DNA of 64,000 nucleotides from Macrostomum lignano (lineage: Eukaryota). Below, one piece after another: positions 21,213 to 34,512 of this stretch (its first letter is position 1; every line of letters starts with the position of its first letter). The stretch lies in assembly GCA_002269645.1 (NCBI GenBank), contig NIVC01000875.1:186001-250000 (forward strand), written 5' to 3'. Position numbers and translations under genes: made by a program. The notes under the pieces were generated by a model. That model had not been told where the DNA came from, made no database searches, and was given only the letters and a program-made list of their open reading frames with translations.

Positions 21213-24200
21213 AGCCACTCAATGCATATTCTGCCTAATCTGTGGGCTGGGATTTCCATGAGATTAGGGTTAATAGGAAAAGTTTTTTTGCTCACGACTT
21301 GCCAGCATCCGAAGGTGTTGCTGATGACGAATAAAACTGAATTTTGTTCCTGCAATGCATGCAGAGAGACTTGAAAATCCTCAACTCCAGGTCGCTAGAA
21401 GGTCATGTCTGCACTCAGTCTTCAGAACAACTAATTTATTGCTTTACCTCAAATAGCTGATGGCCTCTGTGTGCACTTCTGTCTCAAGACTCTGCCACTA
21501 AGCGGAATTCAAGAGTGAGTACAGGTGCGCTGCTCAGGACTGAAGCTTTATGCTTGTACTGGCTTATTCTCGCCAACAATGATAGGCATTGTAGTTCAGA
21601 CTGTCCCTCTGCTCTCAGGCTCATTGACCTTTTTGTCTAGTCTTTTTTCAAGAAAAAGAAGAAGCATCGACGCATCGACAACGTGAAAGACATGCGACAT
21701 TTTTTCATTTCTGCGAGCATAAGAATGGTTTCAAACTGAAACAGTCTAACAGTCTAAACAGATCAGAAGAAGGGGCAGAGCAGCTCGTCTGGCTCACGTG
21801 CCGTGACACGTTTGATTACGAAGACTTGCTGAGACATATCATATTTTAGGTCCACAGAAATAAAAAAACGTTAAAAAAACTGACTCGATTCAAATCGAAT
21901 GCAGGTCTTTTCTAGTTGCTAGGCAGGTCCTAGGCTCGATACGCGCTCAGCGGCAGCCTGTTTGTTGCAACTACGCTCGCAGTTTCCATTGAATTGGCTG
22001 CAGGGCGGGCCGAAGACTCGGCCATTCCACTAATTCAGGGGCAACTACAGGCCGCTCTACCCGGCCACAATAACACTCCGGCCCGCTCAAGGTTTGTGTC
22101 TCTTCTCAGCTCTCTCCTCTCTAATCTCATCCCCCTTTTCTCTCTCTCCTTCCCTCCTCTCTCTCTCTCTCTCTCTCTCTCTGCTCTCTCTTCTTTATTC
22201 TACTCTCCTATCTCTTCTCTACTCTCTTATCTCTTCTTTTCACCCTTTCCTCTCCGTTCTCTCATCTCCCTTCTCTCCTCTCCCTTCTTTTCTCTCCTCC
22301 CCTTTTCTCTCCTCCCCTTCGCTTCTCTCGTCTCGTCTCTCTTCTCTTCTCTCATCTCCCTTCTCTTCTCTCCTTTCCTCTCCCTTCTCTCCTTTCCTCT
22401 CCCTTCTCTCCTCTCCCTTCTCTTCTCTGCTCTCCCTTCTCTCCTCTCCTCTCCTCTCTCCTCTCCCTTCTCTCCTGTCCTCTCTTCTCTCCTCTCCCTT
22501 CTCTCCTGTCCTCTCCCTTATCTTCTCTTCTCCCCTTCTTTTCTCTCCTATCTCCTCTTATCTCTCCTCCTAATGCACTCCTCTCTCCCGCCCGCAGGCA
22601 TGCGCTAGATTCTCCATCAGGCACTTCAGGTAAAAGTTTTTAAACCCTGCACTAAACCCTGAAAAGCCCAGAGACAGAGGCTCGTCTTTTGGCCCCGAGA
22701 AACTCGGGCCAGCCGGCATCGTCTGGGGACGGGTTGGGTTCGAGGTAGTGGAGTCGGTCTCGGTTGAAGGCTTGGCAGAGGCAGACGAAGTGCAGCTTGG
22801 CATCTTCGTTTTCAAGGTTGCAGAAGGGCCAGAGTAGGTTCTAATTTTTGATTTAGTATAACTTTTAATTATAAATATAAGTGTTTCTAATTTTAATACT
22901 TTTTTCTACGTCAGGTTCCTGAAAGTACGTCATGTCAGCATTTTTCCTCTACGGTCTGGCTTCCGATGTCCACGAGGACTCAAGCTTGACTGTGTTGTAT
23001 TTCGCTCTTTTGAGGGCCGTAAGAGGTCTCAAGTCTATGGCATTGAAGTATGGTCCTGTATGGCACTGCACACAGTGTTCCCAGTGGTCCTTGCCAAAGC
23101 CTGCTGCTGCTGGCGCTGCTTATGGAGGAGTCTGAAAACATCTCTAATCCAAACACACTGAAGCTGTAAGATTCCAATCCAGCAGATGATTTGGAATCTC
23201 GTTTGATAATGTGTGTATTTAGCGCTGGTGGTATTACTTTCATGACAAACCGCAGACAGAACAGCCCATAATGAGCAACAAATGTAAAGATCTTCACCAT
23301 TAATACAGGAACATTTGCCCGAAGAGTGCGTGGTGAGGTGCGGCAGAACCAAAATGTCTGTGGCGGACAGTATGATTTGTCTAAGCAGGGAGTCACTTTT
23401 ACTGCACTATCGAATAGCAATGAGATCGCATAGAAAAGCGAGCAAAGTGCAATGAATGCAGCATGTTGAGCTAGCAAAGTCCTCGCTAGAAAACTTTACA
23501 GACTAAATTTGGGTCAGGCTTGGCGATTTTATACAGCATCGATTTTAAGACAATCAACTTCAATAGAATGAGATGGGGCAGCTAAACTCTGAGATCATCG
23601 ATCTCGCAATTAATGATGAGCATGAAAAGAAGCTGCAGAACAGGCTGCATCAAAATGACAAGTCATCAGCATATCGTACCCTGATTTTCACTGAAAAACA
23701 TCGATTTTTGGTGTTTTACGAGCACTGTATCTGCCCTGAATAAAACATTATGTAATATATTTAGTACTACAATCGTATGCAATCAGTATTCTGTAATGAA
23801 GTTATAAAGTAGTAAAGAGATGGATTGAAGACGCTGGTTCCACTGCAGGGATTACTAACTACTTAGAGTAGAGTAATACTTTGAGTATTTAGCAGAGTCC
23901 CGGTGCCACTGCTACTACTGAGGCTCACACTGCTACTGATATACTGAAGCGGGTGCCAGAGCAGATTAAGATATGATAAGTGAATGAGCAGCGTAAGCTA
24001 TGAAAGTTTTGATAAATTGAAGTTTTTTGCTAATGCGCATTGCCTGAAGAACTGAAAATTAATTAACGGTTGAATGAGTCAGAAATTCCACACAGGCTCG
24101 AACACAGTCCTACAGCTACCTCGAGTTGAGCTTCTCTTCCCAAACGACAGGTTGGTCCGCAAGAAAAATCAATGACTTTTCGCGGCAACCCCAAACGCAC

Positions 24201-24954
24201 TGTCGCAACGCCATTACTCATAAGCTAGCCTGGGAGAGCACTGCTCTGCTGATCTCTTCCTGCTTGTCAGCCCACACGCATGCAGCTCTCCACTCTCTCC
24301 TGTTGCAGCCCCAAGCCCTCCCACAATACGCTGGGCTGGAAGACAAACTTGCAAACTGGTCTCTCCCTAAAATTCTACTCATCTCTTAATCTCTCAGCAG
24401 CTGTTTCTTTATTTCTCCGGCACAGAACTTCCTTGTCTTAGAGAGCTGTGGCTATGAGTAGGATAAGCCGCAATAGGAAAGCTTGGGGGTTGCGGTGGGA
24501 GCAGGGAGGCGTGGGGAGAAAAGCAGTGGCGGGTCGAAGTCGCTACAGCCGCCTATGAGTCTTTGAAGGACCCCGCATTTACAGCGAGTGTCCATCGAAT
24601 CCTCTTTTCTCCTGCTCCTTCTAAACCCCTTCTTTCTGAAAAAGCAATGGTTTTGTCTACCGCAAATCACACACGGTTTTACCAGATTCACCGGCATGCA
24701 AAAGCAGCACAGAGACTGGCAAATGCGCGCAGACCAGCATGCAACAGGAGTTCATTGAGCCCAGCAGACTTTGAGCAAATGCAGGCAGCTGGAGAGTCGG
24801 AGCAGTGCGAGTTGCTGGTTCACTCTGGAGCCGAGCACAACCACGTGACTTTGAATATGCACTTTTAAAGTACATGATGTACATTGCAGCCATAGCGATT
24901 GGCTGCGATGGGTTCAAAACTTTGACTTATGGGAGCCACTGATGGCTGTGAGGG

Positions 24955-25576
24955 CTGGGTGTCTGAGTGCTGGGTGTCTGAGTGCTGGGTGTCTGAGTGC
25001 TGGGTGTCTGAGTGCTGGGTGTCTGAGTGCTGGGTGTCTGAGTGCTGGGTGTCTGAGTGCTGGGTGTCTGAGTGCTGGGTGTCTGAGTGCTGGGTGTCTG
25101 AGTGCTGGGTGTCTGAGTGCTGGGTGTCTGAGTGCTGGGTGTCTGAGTGCTGGGTGTCTGAGTGCTGGGTGTCTGAGTGCTGGGTGTCTGAGTGCTGGGT
25201 GTCTGAGTGCTGGGTGTCTGAGTGCTGGGTGTCTGAGTGCTGGGTGTCTGAGTGCTGGGTGTCTGAGTGCTGGGTGTCTGAGTGCTGGGTGTCTGAGTGC
25301 TGGGTGTCTGAGTGCTGGGTGTCTGAGTGCTGGGTGTCTGAGTGCTGGGTGTCTGAGTGCTGGGTGTCTGAGTGCTGGGTGTCTGAGTGCTGGGTGTCTG
25401 AGTGCTGGGTGTCTGAGTGCTGGGTGTCTGAGTGCTGGGTGTCTGAGTGCTGGGTGTCTGAGTGCTGGGTGTCTGAGTGCTGGGTTTCTGAGTGCTGGGT
25501 GTCTGAGTGCTGGGTGTCTGAGTGCTGGGTGTCTGAGTGCTGGGTGTCTGAGTGCTGGGTGTCTGAGTGCTGGGTG
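24955..25576. repeat. 15-bp minisatellite (CTGGGTGTCTGAGTG), about 41 copies
   Basis: Almost perfectly homogeneous tandem array. Confidence 0.97.
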
Positions 25577-27694
25577 TTGGCTTGGGAACTGTTTTTCATA
25601 TCTTGGGTAGCAGCGGTCGGTGTATCTCTTGCGTAGGTAAATTCGGGAATCCCACCGGCCTCCAGGTGCGCCAGGAATGCCGATTTCATGGCCTGATGGT
25701 AATGCCACTCGGGCTGGCAACTGGCAGCGGCTTCACTTGACCTCTCCAGGCGCTTCTGCTGAGATGCCGCCGCCCGTCACGTGACCCGCTGGGCTCGCTC
25801 TGAGCTGAGGTGAGTAGGATCAGCTCGGCTACCCTCAGGGGCTAAAGAGCTGATGGCTCCGGAATCGATCCCGGACCGCCGGGCCTGCGCCAATCCGCCT
25901 GTGCGATGGGACTGGGAGTTCACTGCGTTGGTGCCGGTTGCTCAGTGATGTCATTGCTTTTATGGCACTGGACTTCAAACTCCTGCATCTGCAAATCCAG
26001 CTGCCACAATGGCATATTTGGCAAAACTCTTCTCTGCCGTATTTTTAAACTTCATATTTAATTATTAGAGTCTCACTGCATTTCTTGAATTAATTGAGCA
26101 ACTGCCCAGTACCAAATGCTTTAGCCCAAGCATTGCCTTGGGAATTCAGTAACGAATGCTTTGCTAAAAGCTCCGTCTGTCCCAGGCACAGTATTGATTA
26201 TGCAGGCTGTGCAGCACAGAGCGGCTCCTAACGCGGGGAGAGCCGATCGCCACGCCAGTCAGGCGGCAATTTCTCAGCGAAGCCAAGCTGGGGCTGGGAA
26301 ATCCTGCTGGTGGCTGTCTGGGGGCATTGGAGAGGAGTTGAGCACGGGCTCTTGTATACTGCTGTATGGGAGGCTCTGCTCCCGAGTTGGAGTTGACAGA
26401 GCGAGCCAAGCTGGCCAGCTGCAGAGCTGAGCAGCTCAGTTGGGCAGGGGTGGAGGCTTAAGGAAAGGGTTTGAGAAGCAGGATTCGCTGTGTGGGATCT
26501 CACACTCTTTGAAGTCTCAGAGCCAGTGGGCTAGGAAGAGCCGTCTGAGAAACTGGATTGGGGAAATGGCTCTCGTATTTCTTCCGTGAATTTCTGTTTG
26601 GAAGTCGTGCGAATGTAAGTGCCTCACGCTGAGTGCTTCTCATAGAGTGCTTCTCCCGGAGTGCTTCTCCCTGAGTGCCTCTTTCTAAGTGTTTCCCCAC
26701 GGAGTGATGTCATTCATAGGCTACATTAATTGAATTAATTTTACACATTGATTCAACAAGCATTATTGCATTTCACACAGATCGACTCAGACAACTCATT
26801 AAACTATGCGGGAAAACTAAGCGAAATCTTCATAGGCCAAGAGATTTGTCCCGAAAGCCAGCTGAAGGAAAATATGAATGATACCCATTAAGGCGCTTAC
26901 CTCTCGTGTATGTATCTCTCTCTGCAGCTCCATCGACTCTCTCTGCAGCTGCCATTATAGCATCTCGCTCTCCTACTCCCTGAATTTCATTTCCATTTTT
27001 ATCAGCAGTTGAGTTCAACAAACACGGCAGCCACTCAGTGCTGATAGTCGGGCAGTTCCGGTATGCTAGAGAGTCACACACGAGTATATTTGAGTAATTC
27101 GTCACAAAGCTCACAAAAAAGCGACAGCAGCAGATGGCAAATAGCAGAGCTTGAGTACAGATTGGCATTTGAGCAGCTCAAGGGAGGGCAGAGTGTAAAA
27201 GAGTGGTGGGGCAGAGAAAACAGAGGCGGTAACGCCTGCGGTGCAGATAAACAAAATGAGTTCAAAATGAGTAAATTTCCTGGGTGCACCTGGCACTCAG
27301 TCTCAGGCGGAATTGAAGCAGTCACAGCCTGTGTATGCGGGATATTCATCAGAGAGTTCATTGATAAATGATGGGAAATTTGGGAGAACTCAAGACAAGG
27401 AAAAAATGTACAACAAAGTCCAATAGAAAAACGACGGCGTAAGATCAGCTTAAAATAAAAATTTTCAGCAAAAACAAAGCTTCATCAAGCAAAATAATGA
27501 TAGACACTTCTCAAGCCGCATCGAATTCAGAGAAATCCCCACCCAGTCTCTGCACAGCAAGGAAAGCAGTCTAAGCTAATCCTGGCGTGAGCAAAAATGG
27601 TTTGCTAGGTCTCATTTTTAGCCGCATTTCAGTTGAGTTGAAGATGATGATGATGGGGTGGATGGTGGCAAACCAACAACCAACTCATCTTCTG

Positions 27695-28615
27695 CTACCC
27701 GCACGTCAGGAACTCGTGCTCCAGCAGCTGCTGCGCTGAGCTTCTCCCCTTGCGGTCATTGGCGGTGCAGCGGCTGTAGAAATCCCTCAGCTCTGCGGAC
27801 CGGCCGTCCGGCAGGGCGGGGGCGCCCCTCCTGACGATCAGCTGGGCCATTTCTAACAGGCTTTTGGCGTTCGCGAACGGCCTCTCACCGGAGGCCATCT
27901 GATAGACCGAGCAGCCGAACGCCCAGATGTCCGACTCTCTGCTGTACTGCACGCTGTCCGACTCTCCCGCTCCAAGCAGCTCTGGCGCCATAAAGTTCAG
28001 AGTGCCTTTGGGTGACTGAGTGGAGGCTGAGAAGTGGCTGACTGACAGCTTGATTGACAGACCGAAGTCGATCAGCTTGATTCGCGTGTTGTCAGCACAA
28101 ACAATTATGTTCGAGCAGTTGATGTCTCTGTGGATCACGGGCGGCTGCCGGCTGTGCAGGTAGAGCAGCGCGCGGCAGATCTGCGAGCGGTCGGTCAGTG
28201 AGCAGTCATCATTCATGGGAACATGGAACAGGAGCATCAAGGATGCACAATGCTCACCTGCTTGTTGAAGTCTCGAATCTTTGGCTCGTCCAGCGGCTTG
28301 TTGCCGATAAACCTCTCCAAGCTTTGGCCGTCCAGCAGCTCCATGAACACAACGACTGTGGCGGGCTCCGGCTGAGCGATGTGCAAGAACCTGACGATGT
28401 TGGGATGCCGCAGTCGGCACAGGTTTCTCTCGCTCTCGATAACTTCATTTATTTTCTTCTTTTCCGTCTCATTCTGATCAGTTCTGAGCAGTCTGAGAGT
28501 CTTGGCAGCGCACGTGACGCCCGTGTCAGTTCGAACTTCCTGGACTTCGCTGAAGCCTCCGCGGCCGATGAGGTGAACGACATCCCAGCGCTCCAGGAAC
28601 AGGGGGCCTTCGGGT
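27695..28615 (-). CDS. Gene C kinase domain
   Basis: LIGRGGFSEV, AAK, HRDINCSN, DFG, GTLNFMAPE; 77-nt intron 28181-28257. Confidence 0.92.
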
Positions 28616-31151
28616 CTGAGGGGATGCGAATTGAGGCAATGAGGAATAATTTGCATGCTGTAGCTGTGTGTGCTGTAGCTGTGTGCTGTAGCTGTGTGTG
28701 CTGTAGCTGTGTGCTGTAGCTGTGTGTGCTGTAGCTGTGTGCTGTAGCTGTGTGCTGTAGCTGTGTGTGGTGTAGCTGTGTGTGCTGTAGCTGTGTGTGC
28801 TGTAGCTGTGTGTGGTGTAGCTGTGTTTGCTGTAGCTGTGTGTGCTGTAGCTGTGTGCTGTAGCTGTGTGTGCTGTAGCTGTGTGTGCTTTAGCTGTGTG
28901 TGCTGTAGCTGTGTGTGCTGTAGCTGTGTGTGCTGTAGCTGTGTGTGCTTTAGCTGTGTGTGCTGTAGCTGTGTGTGCTGTAGCAAACTCACAGGGACTC
29001 ATCGAAGTAGATCACTCCTTCAAATGCTTGCTGGTGTCTCACAGCTTGCAGGCAGCTGAACATTAATATTCAACTGGCAATCTGCAGTCACACTGCACTG
29101 CAAACTCCCTCAATGCAGCTCAGTCAGTGTCTGCTGCCCATTTAAACTAAAAAAATATAAAAATGCCCACTCAGAGCAACTGCAGTCAGCTGCTCAATAT
29201 TCAATCGTAAATTACAGCATAATGTTTATCAATGATAAATCAAAGTCAGAGAGACATTCTCAGTCGCCATGGAAACTCACCCACGCAGCAGCTCCGCCAG
29301 TTCGCTCTTTCCGTGCTGTGTGGCCAAATCCAGCGCAGTCCTGCCCCGCATGTCCTTCAGGCTCCAATCCGCCCCTGAGTCCAGCAGAACCCGACCGAAT
29401 TCGGCGGCGGTGGCGGGGGGCGCATTGATGGCTGCAAGCATGAGGGGCGTGCATTTACTCCAATCTTCCCTGGCATTGGCGGAGGCTCCGGCAGCCAGCA
29501 GAGCGGAGGCTGAGGCAGAATTGCCTGCCTTGGCTGCACGGTGCAGGCAACTTTCAGCTAATATAGTCGCACATGTGGGGTCACCCAGCTGCACCAGCTG
29601 CTCCCACAGAGCCTCATCACCGCATGAGCTGTTCTGAGCTGCCCACATCAATGCGGTGCGACCCCAGTCGTTAGGCAGGTCGCAGCTGTCGCGGGTCGCC
29701 GTTCGCCGCAGCCCCGCTGAGTTGCCCAGCTCGGCCAGCCGCTGCAGTTCCTGTCGATCCGCCTCCTCCTGCAAAAGCGAGTGGGAAATTTGAGCACAGC
29801 TGCTCACAACCAGCCGCATCGGCACTGCAGATGCCGCTCACCTGGGCTGTCAGACCGGAGATCCTGCCATTTGCATCCACAACCAGCCGCATCTCCCTGC
29901 AACAGTAGAAATGAGCAGCGAATTTTCAATTCTCACAAATTAAAAAGAATTTAAAAATTAAATTTTCAGATGGACGAAAGAATTTTCATACTAAATTTAG
30001 TAAACAGAAATTCATAATTATCTGAGCTGCTCGCAGATGGAGTTTCCAAGAGGACTGCAGCAGCTCTGCAACAATCAGCATTGGCGAGAGCGCATCCGAC
30101 TTCTCACACGCAGCTCATTTTTCATTTCTGCAGCATGAGTTTCCTCCATCCCACAATGTCTCACAAAGAACTCACGCACAGCCTCCCAGTTCTCCTCAAC
30201 CCACACAATCTCACTGCACACCGAGGCCCTACAGCTTCCATGTTCGACTGAGATCAACCGGCACCCCATTGGCTGGGAGGCAGCCAGCCAATCACAGCTC
30301 TCGCTCATCAAGCAGTCAGTCAGAGACAAGCTCAGCTGACTGGCTCTGATTGGCTGGCCTGAGACTGCAGCTCTGGCCACCATAGCCAGCCGAATGCTGC
30401 AAAACTTGATGGACACAGCAGCGAACTGCTCACTCACCGCTCGATGTAGCTTGCCAGCTCTGAGTGGCCGCTGAGCCTCGCCAGGTCCGACGCCGTCCGA
30501 CCCTCGCGATTCTTCAGTCCGAGCAGCCGCGACCTTTTCGAGTTTCCGTGCTTAATGCACTCATTAAACCTCCACAGCCTGAGCAGGTGCAGCAGGTGCT
30601 TGGCGCATTTCCAGCTTCCAGTCCGCGCCGCCTCCATCAGCGGAGTGGCGCCGTCGTCGTTCCGCAGCCACTTCGCATCGAACGACAGCAGCGTCAGCAG
30701 CCGCAGGTGGTCCCGCCGGGCTGCCAGGTGCGCAGCCGTGTCGCCGTTCGCGTCAGCCGCCTTGGGGTTCGCGCCCAGCTCAAATAAGTACAAGATGCAC
30801 TTTGCTGTCTGCACGGGAGTCTCAGGAGCGTCGGCCACCAGCATGAGGACGGTCCGACGAGCTGCTTCAGCGCTGGTGACCAGCTGGCGCGTTGCCAGCC
30901 GCCGCACCTCTCCGAAGTCACCTCGGATGACGTCGTGGGCGAGAGTCTGGAGATCGGCTGGTGAGCCACCGATGCTTACCCGGTTGTTGGGGTCCGGCCT
31001 AGTGAGTTCCTGCAACTGCAATTGAGGTTCCCAAGCTTTACATAAGGAAGTAAGGGCAAAGGAATAAGCTTATTCATTTACTACTTGAAGGTTTAGAGAC
31101 AAGTATAATATTTTAATAAAAATACTTTACTTTAGAGGCTTCACCTTCCAT
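27695..31151 (-). CDS. Gene C: ankyrin repeats + single MAP3K-like kinase (about 638 aa, linker mini-exon probably skipped)
   Basis: Exons 31131-31151 (MEGEASK, least certain), 30438-30946, 29842-29896, 29281-29768, 28258-28615 and 27695-28180 are frame-consistent; ends HEFLTCG*. Confidence 0.8.
29281..30946 (-). CDS. Gene C ankyrin region
   Basis: Ankyrin motifs as in the paralogs; block B is one codon longer (EDWSKCT). Confidence 0.9.
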
Positions 31152-31420
31152 TATGCGCACCTCAAGAAGCTTTTACTCAACTCAGCCCGAAAAGAAAACT
31201 TCATGAGCCGCCGCCCCAGCACAGCAGATTTTATATCGGCAACAGAAGACATTGTGTGAGAGATGCACTGCACTGCGCCTGATTGGCTGAATTCGAGACC
31301 GGTGCCTCGGTCTCGGATTCGTTATCGTACATATTGCACACTACTTATGGAAGTAGCGGTTGGAGTGCAGACTTGCAGAGTCGAGTGGGCAGCGAAAATT
31401 GCAGAGATGAGAGGGGAGGA
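31152..31420 (-). promoter_or_regulatory. Type II promoter of gene C (TATAAAA + CCAAT)
   Basis: TATAAAA at 31229-31235 and CAGCCAATCAG at about 31280-31290, about 50 bp apart, upstream of the ATG. Confidence 0.6.
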
Positions 31421-31454
31421 GAGTGATTTGACGTGAAAATAAACACAAGAGGGG

Positions 31455-31890
31455 ATGATAGAACATCTAGATAGAATGTCCAGATATAACATTCAGATAG
31501 AACATTCAGATAAAACGTCTAAATAGAACATCCAGATCTAGAAAGAAGAACCAGATAAAACATTCAGATAGAACATCCAGATAAAAAATCCGGATAGAAT
31601 ATCCAGATCTAGATAGAACAACCAGATAGAACATCCAGATAAAACATCCGGATAGAATATCCAGATCTAGATAGAACATCCAGATAGAACATCCAGATAA
31701 AACATCCGGATAGAATATCCAGATCTAGATAGAACAACCAGATAGAACATCCAGATAAAAAATCCGGATAGAATATCCAGATCTAGATAGAACAACCAGA
31801 TAGAACATCCAGATAGAACATCCAGATAAAACATCCGGATAGAATATCCAGATAGAACATCCAGATAGAACATCCAGATAGAACATCCAG
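31455..31890. repeat. 13-bp-based minisatellite (ATAGAACATCCAG)
   Basis: Direct tandem units with higher-order variants. Confidence 0.9.
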
Positions 31891-32712
31891 ACAGAAGACC
31901 AAGGATTCTCTTTGTCCGAATGCGGTTGCAGCCATAGACATGAAAGGTTCGGACTTCTTAAGCCCTCCAACAGAAGCCCTTCGGGCCTCAGAGCAAATAA
32001 ATTAGTCACTCAATGCTTTGCCCCTCACTCCTGTCAGATGGCCAGCCCCAGGGCAGCTGAGATGTGGCCAGCAGAGCACCGCAGGCGCTGTGGTTAAGAG
32101 AAGACAGCAAGAGACCAGCAGGGAGAGCAGCTCACCAAAGCAGCTCTTATGAAGTCGGGTTTCCGACTAGACGTGGCTCTGAACTGCCCTAACTCGTGTC
32201 TTTTGGCTGTCGATCTCGAAGTCACGGCTCATTACAGGGACACTGCTGGGACCGGATCGCATTGACCATGCAGGGACAGAGAGGACTTCTGTGTCCTTCC
32301 TGAGGGTCTAAGCTGGGTCGCTGGCAAGTCTCTTTACATGGAAGAATGTACTATTATTGTACTATTATTGAATAAAACAACTCCAACAAATGGCCACCGC
32401 ATTTCCAATAAAATCGGCAGTCCAATGCTTCAGCTGTCCAAGACGCTTTCAACTCGTCGAAGCGTCCACCAGATGACATCGCCCACGTAGTCTGCCCGAG
32501 ACAGACCTCTGCCGTCATTGCTTGCCTTCAGTTGGACTATGGAACTTCTGCTACTCCTATTTCTGGCTGCACTGGTGCCCTCTAAGGACAGCACATCCAG
32601 TTAATGGATGCAAACCGTGTGCTCATTTCTGACTGCAATATTTTTATTTCTCGCTGCATTCGAGACTGAGTCTCTGAGAGTTAAGACAGCAGCCTGGCAG
32701 CAGACAGAAGCC

Positions 32713-33525
32713 TCTATTCACTGGTTTGTGTCCTGTTCTATTCACTGGTTTGTGTCCGCTTCTATTCACTGGTTTGTTTCCGGTTCTATTCACTGGTTTG
32801 TGTCCGGTTCAATTCATTGGTCTGTGTCCTGTTCTATTCACTGGTTTGTGTCCGGTTCTATTCACTGGTTTGTGTCCGGTTCTATTCACTGGTTTGTATC
32901 CGGTTCTATTCACTGGTTTGTGTCCGGTTCTATTCACTGGTTTGTGTCCGCTTCTATTCACTGGTTTGTTTCCGGTTCTATTCACTGGTTTGTGTCCGGT
33001 TCAATTCATTGGTCTGTGTCCGGTTCTATTCACTGGTTTGTGTCCGGTTCAATTCATTGGTCTGTGTCCAGTTCTATTCACTGGTTGGTGTCCGGTTCTA
33101 TTCACTGGTTTGTGTCCGGTTCAATTCATTGGTCTGTGTCCAGTTCTATTCACTGGTTGGTGTCCGGTTCTATTCACTGGTTTGTGTCCGGTTCTATTCA
33201 CTGGTTTGTGTCCGGTTCTATTCACTGGTTTGTGTCCGGTTCTATTCACTGGTTTGTGTCCGGTTCTATTCACTGGTTTGTGTCCGGTTCTATTCACTGG
33301 TTTGTGTCCGGTTCTATTCACTGGTTTGTGTCCAGTTCTATTCACTGGTTGGTGTCCGGTTCTATTCACTGGTTTGTGTCCGGTTCTATTCACTGGTTTG
33401 TGTCCGGTTCTATTCACTGGTTTGTGTCCGGTTCTATTCACTGGTTTGTGTCCGGTTCTATTCACTGGTTTGTGTCCGGTTCTATTCACTGGTTTGTGTC
33501 CGGTTCTATTCACTGGTCTGTGTCG
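32713..33525. repeat. 21-bp minisatellite (TTCTATTCACTGGTTTGTGTCCGG-like), about 38 copies
   Basis: Direct tandem units; only about 2 units at the paralogous site 11745-11790. Confidence 0.95.
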
Positions 33526-33544
33526 ATTTCAAGAATTTTCATCC

Positions 33545-34512
33545 ATCTCAGAATCTCTCAACATCTCAGAATCTCTCAGCATCTCAGAATCTCTCAGCAT
33601 CTCAGAATCTCTCAGCATCTCAGAATCTCTCAGCATCTCAGAATCTCTCAGCATCTCAGAATCTCTCAGCATCTCAGAATCTCTCAGCGTCTCAGAATCT
33701 CTCAGCATCTCAGAATCTCCCAGCATCTCAGAATCTCTCAGCATCTCAGAATCTCTCAGCATCTCAGAATCTCTCAGCATCTCAGAATCTCTCAGCATCT
33801 CAGAGTCTCTCAGCATCTCAGAGTCTCTCAGCATCTCAGAGTCTCTCAGCATCTCAGAATCTCTCAGCATCTCAGAATCTCTCAACATCTCAGAATCTCT
33901 TAGCATCTCAGAATCTCTCAGCATCTCAGAATCTCTTAGCATCTCAGAATCTCTCAGCATCTCAGAATCTCTCAGCATCTCAGAATCTCTTAGCATCTCA
34001 GAATCTCTCAACATCTCAGAATCTCTCAGCATTTCACAATCTCTCAGCATCTCAGAATCTCTCAGCATCTCAGAGTCTCTCAGCATCTCAGAGTCTCTCA
34101 GCATCTCAGAGTCTCTCAGCATCTCAGAGTCTCTCAGCATCTCAGAATCTCTCAGCAACTCAGAATCTCTTAGCATCTCAGAATCTCTCAGAATCTCAGA
34201 ATCTCTCAGAATCTCAGAATCTCTCAGCATCTCAGAATCTCTCAGCATCTCAGAATCTCTCAGAATCTCAGAATCTCTCAGCATCTCAGAATCTCTCAGC
34301 ATCTCAGAATCTCTCAGCATCTCAGAATCTCTCAGCATTTCACAATCTCTCAGCATCTCAGAGTCTCTCAGCATCTCAGAATCTCTCAGCATCTCAGAAT
34401 CTCTCAGAATCTCAGAATCTCTTAGCATCTCAGAATCTCTCAGCATCTCAGAATCTCTCAGAATCTCAGAATCTCTCAGCATCTCAGAATCTCTCAGCAT
34501 CTCAGAATCTCA
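33545..34512. repeat. 18-bp minisatellite (AGAATCTCTCAGCATCTC), about 54 copies
   Basis: Direct tandem units. Confidence 0.95.

Noticed and set aside
24600-24700. CVICGRQNH resembling a retroelement zinc knuckle
   Set aside because: Incomplete CCHC motif with no flanking gag or pol similarity.
24865-25720. (QHSDT)n, (LRHPA)n and (VSECW)n ORFs
   Set aside because: 15-bp satellite artefact.
25850-25900. Possible Pol III A/B boxes on the minus strand (TGGCGCAGG ... GGATCGATTCC)
   Set aside because: Boxes are only about 22 nt apart, with no cloverleaf or tail; too weak to call a SINE or tRNA.
27695-28420. Kinase ORFs starting MPTAASQHRQ... (also 44126-44869 and 54217-54963)
   Set aside because: The N-terminal part is an out-of-frame read-through across the 76-77-nt intron; the spliced model gives the proper N-lobe.
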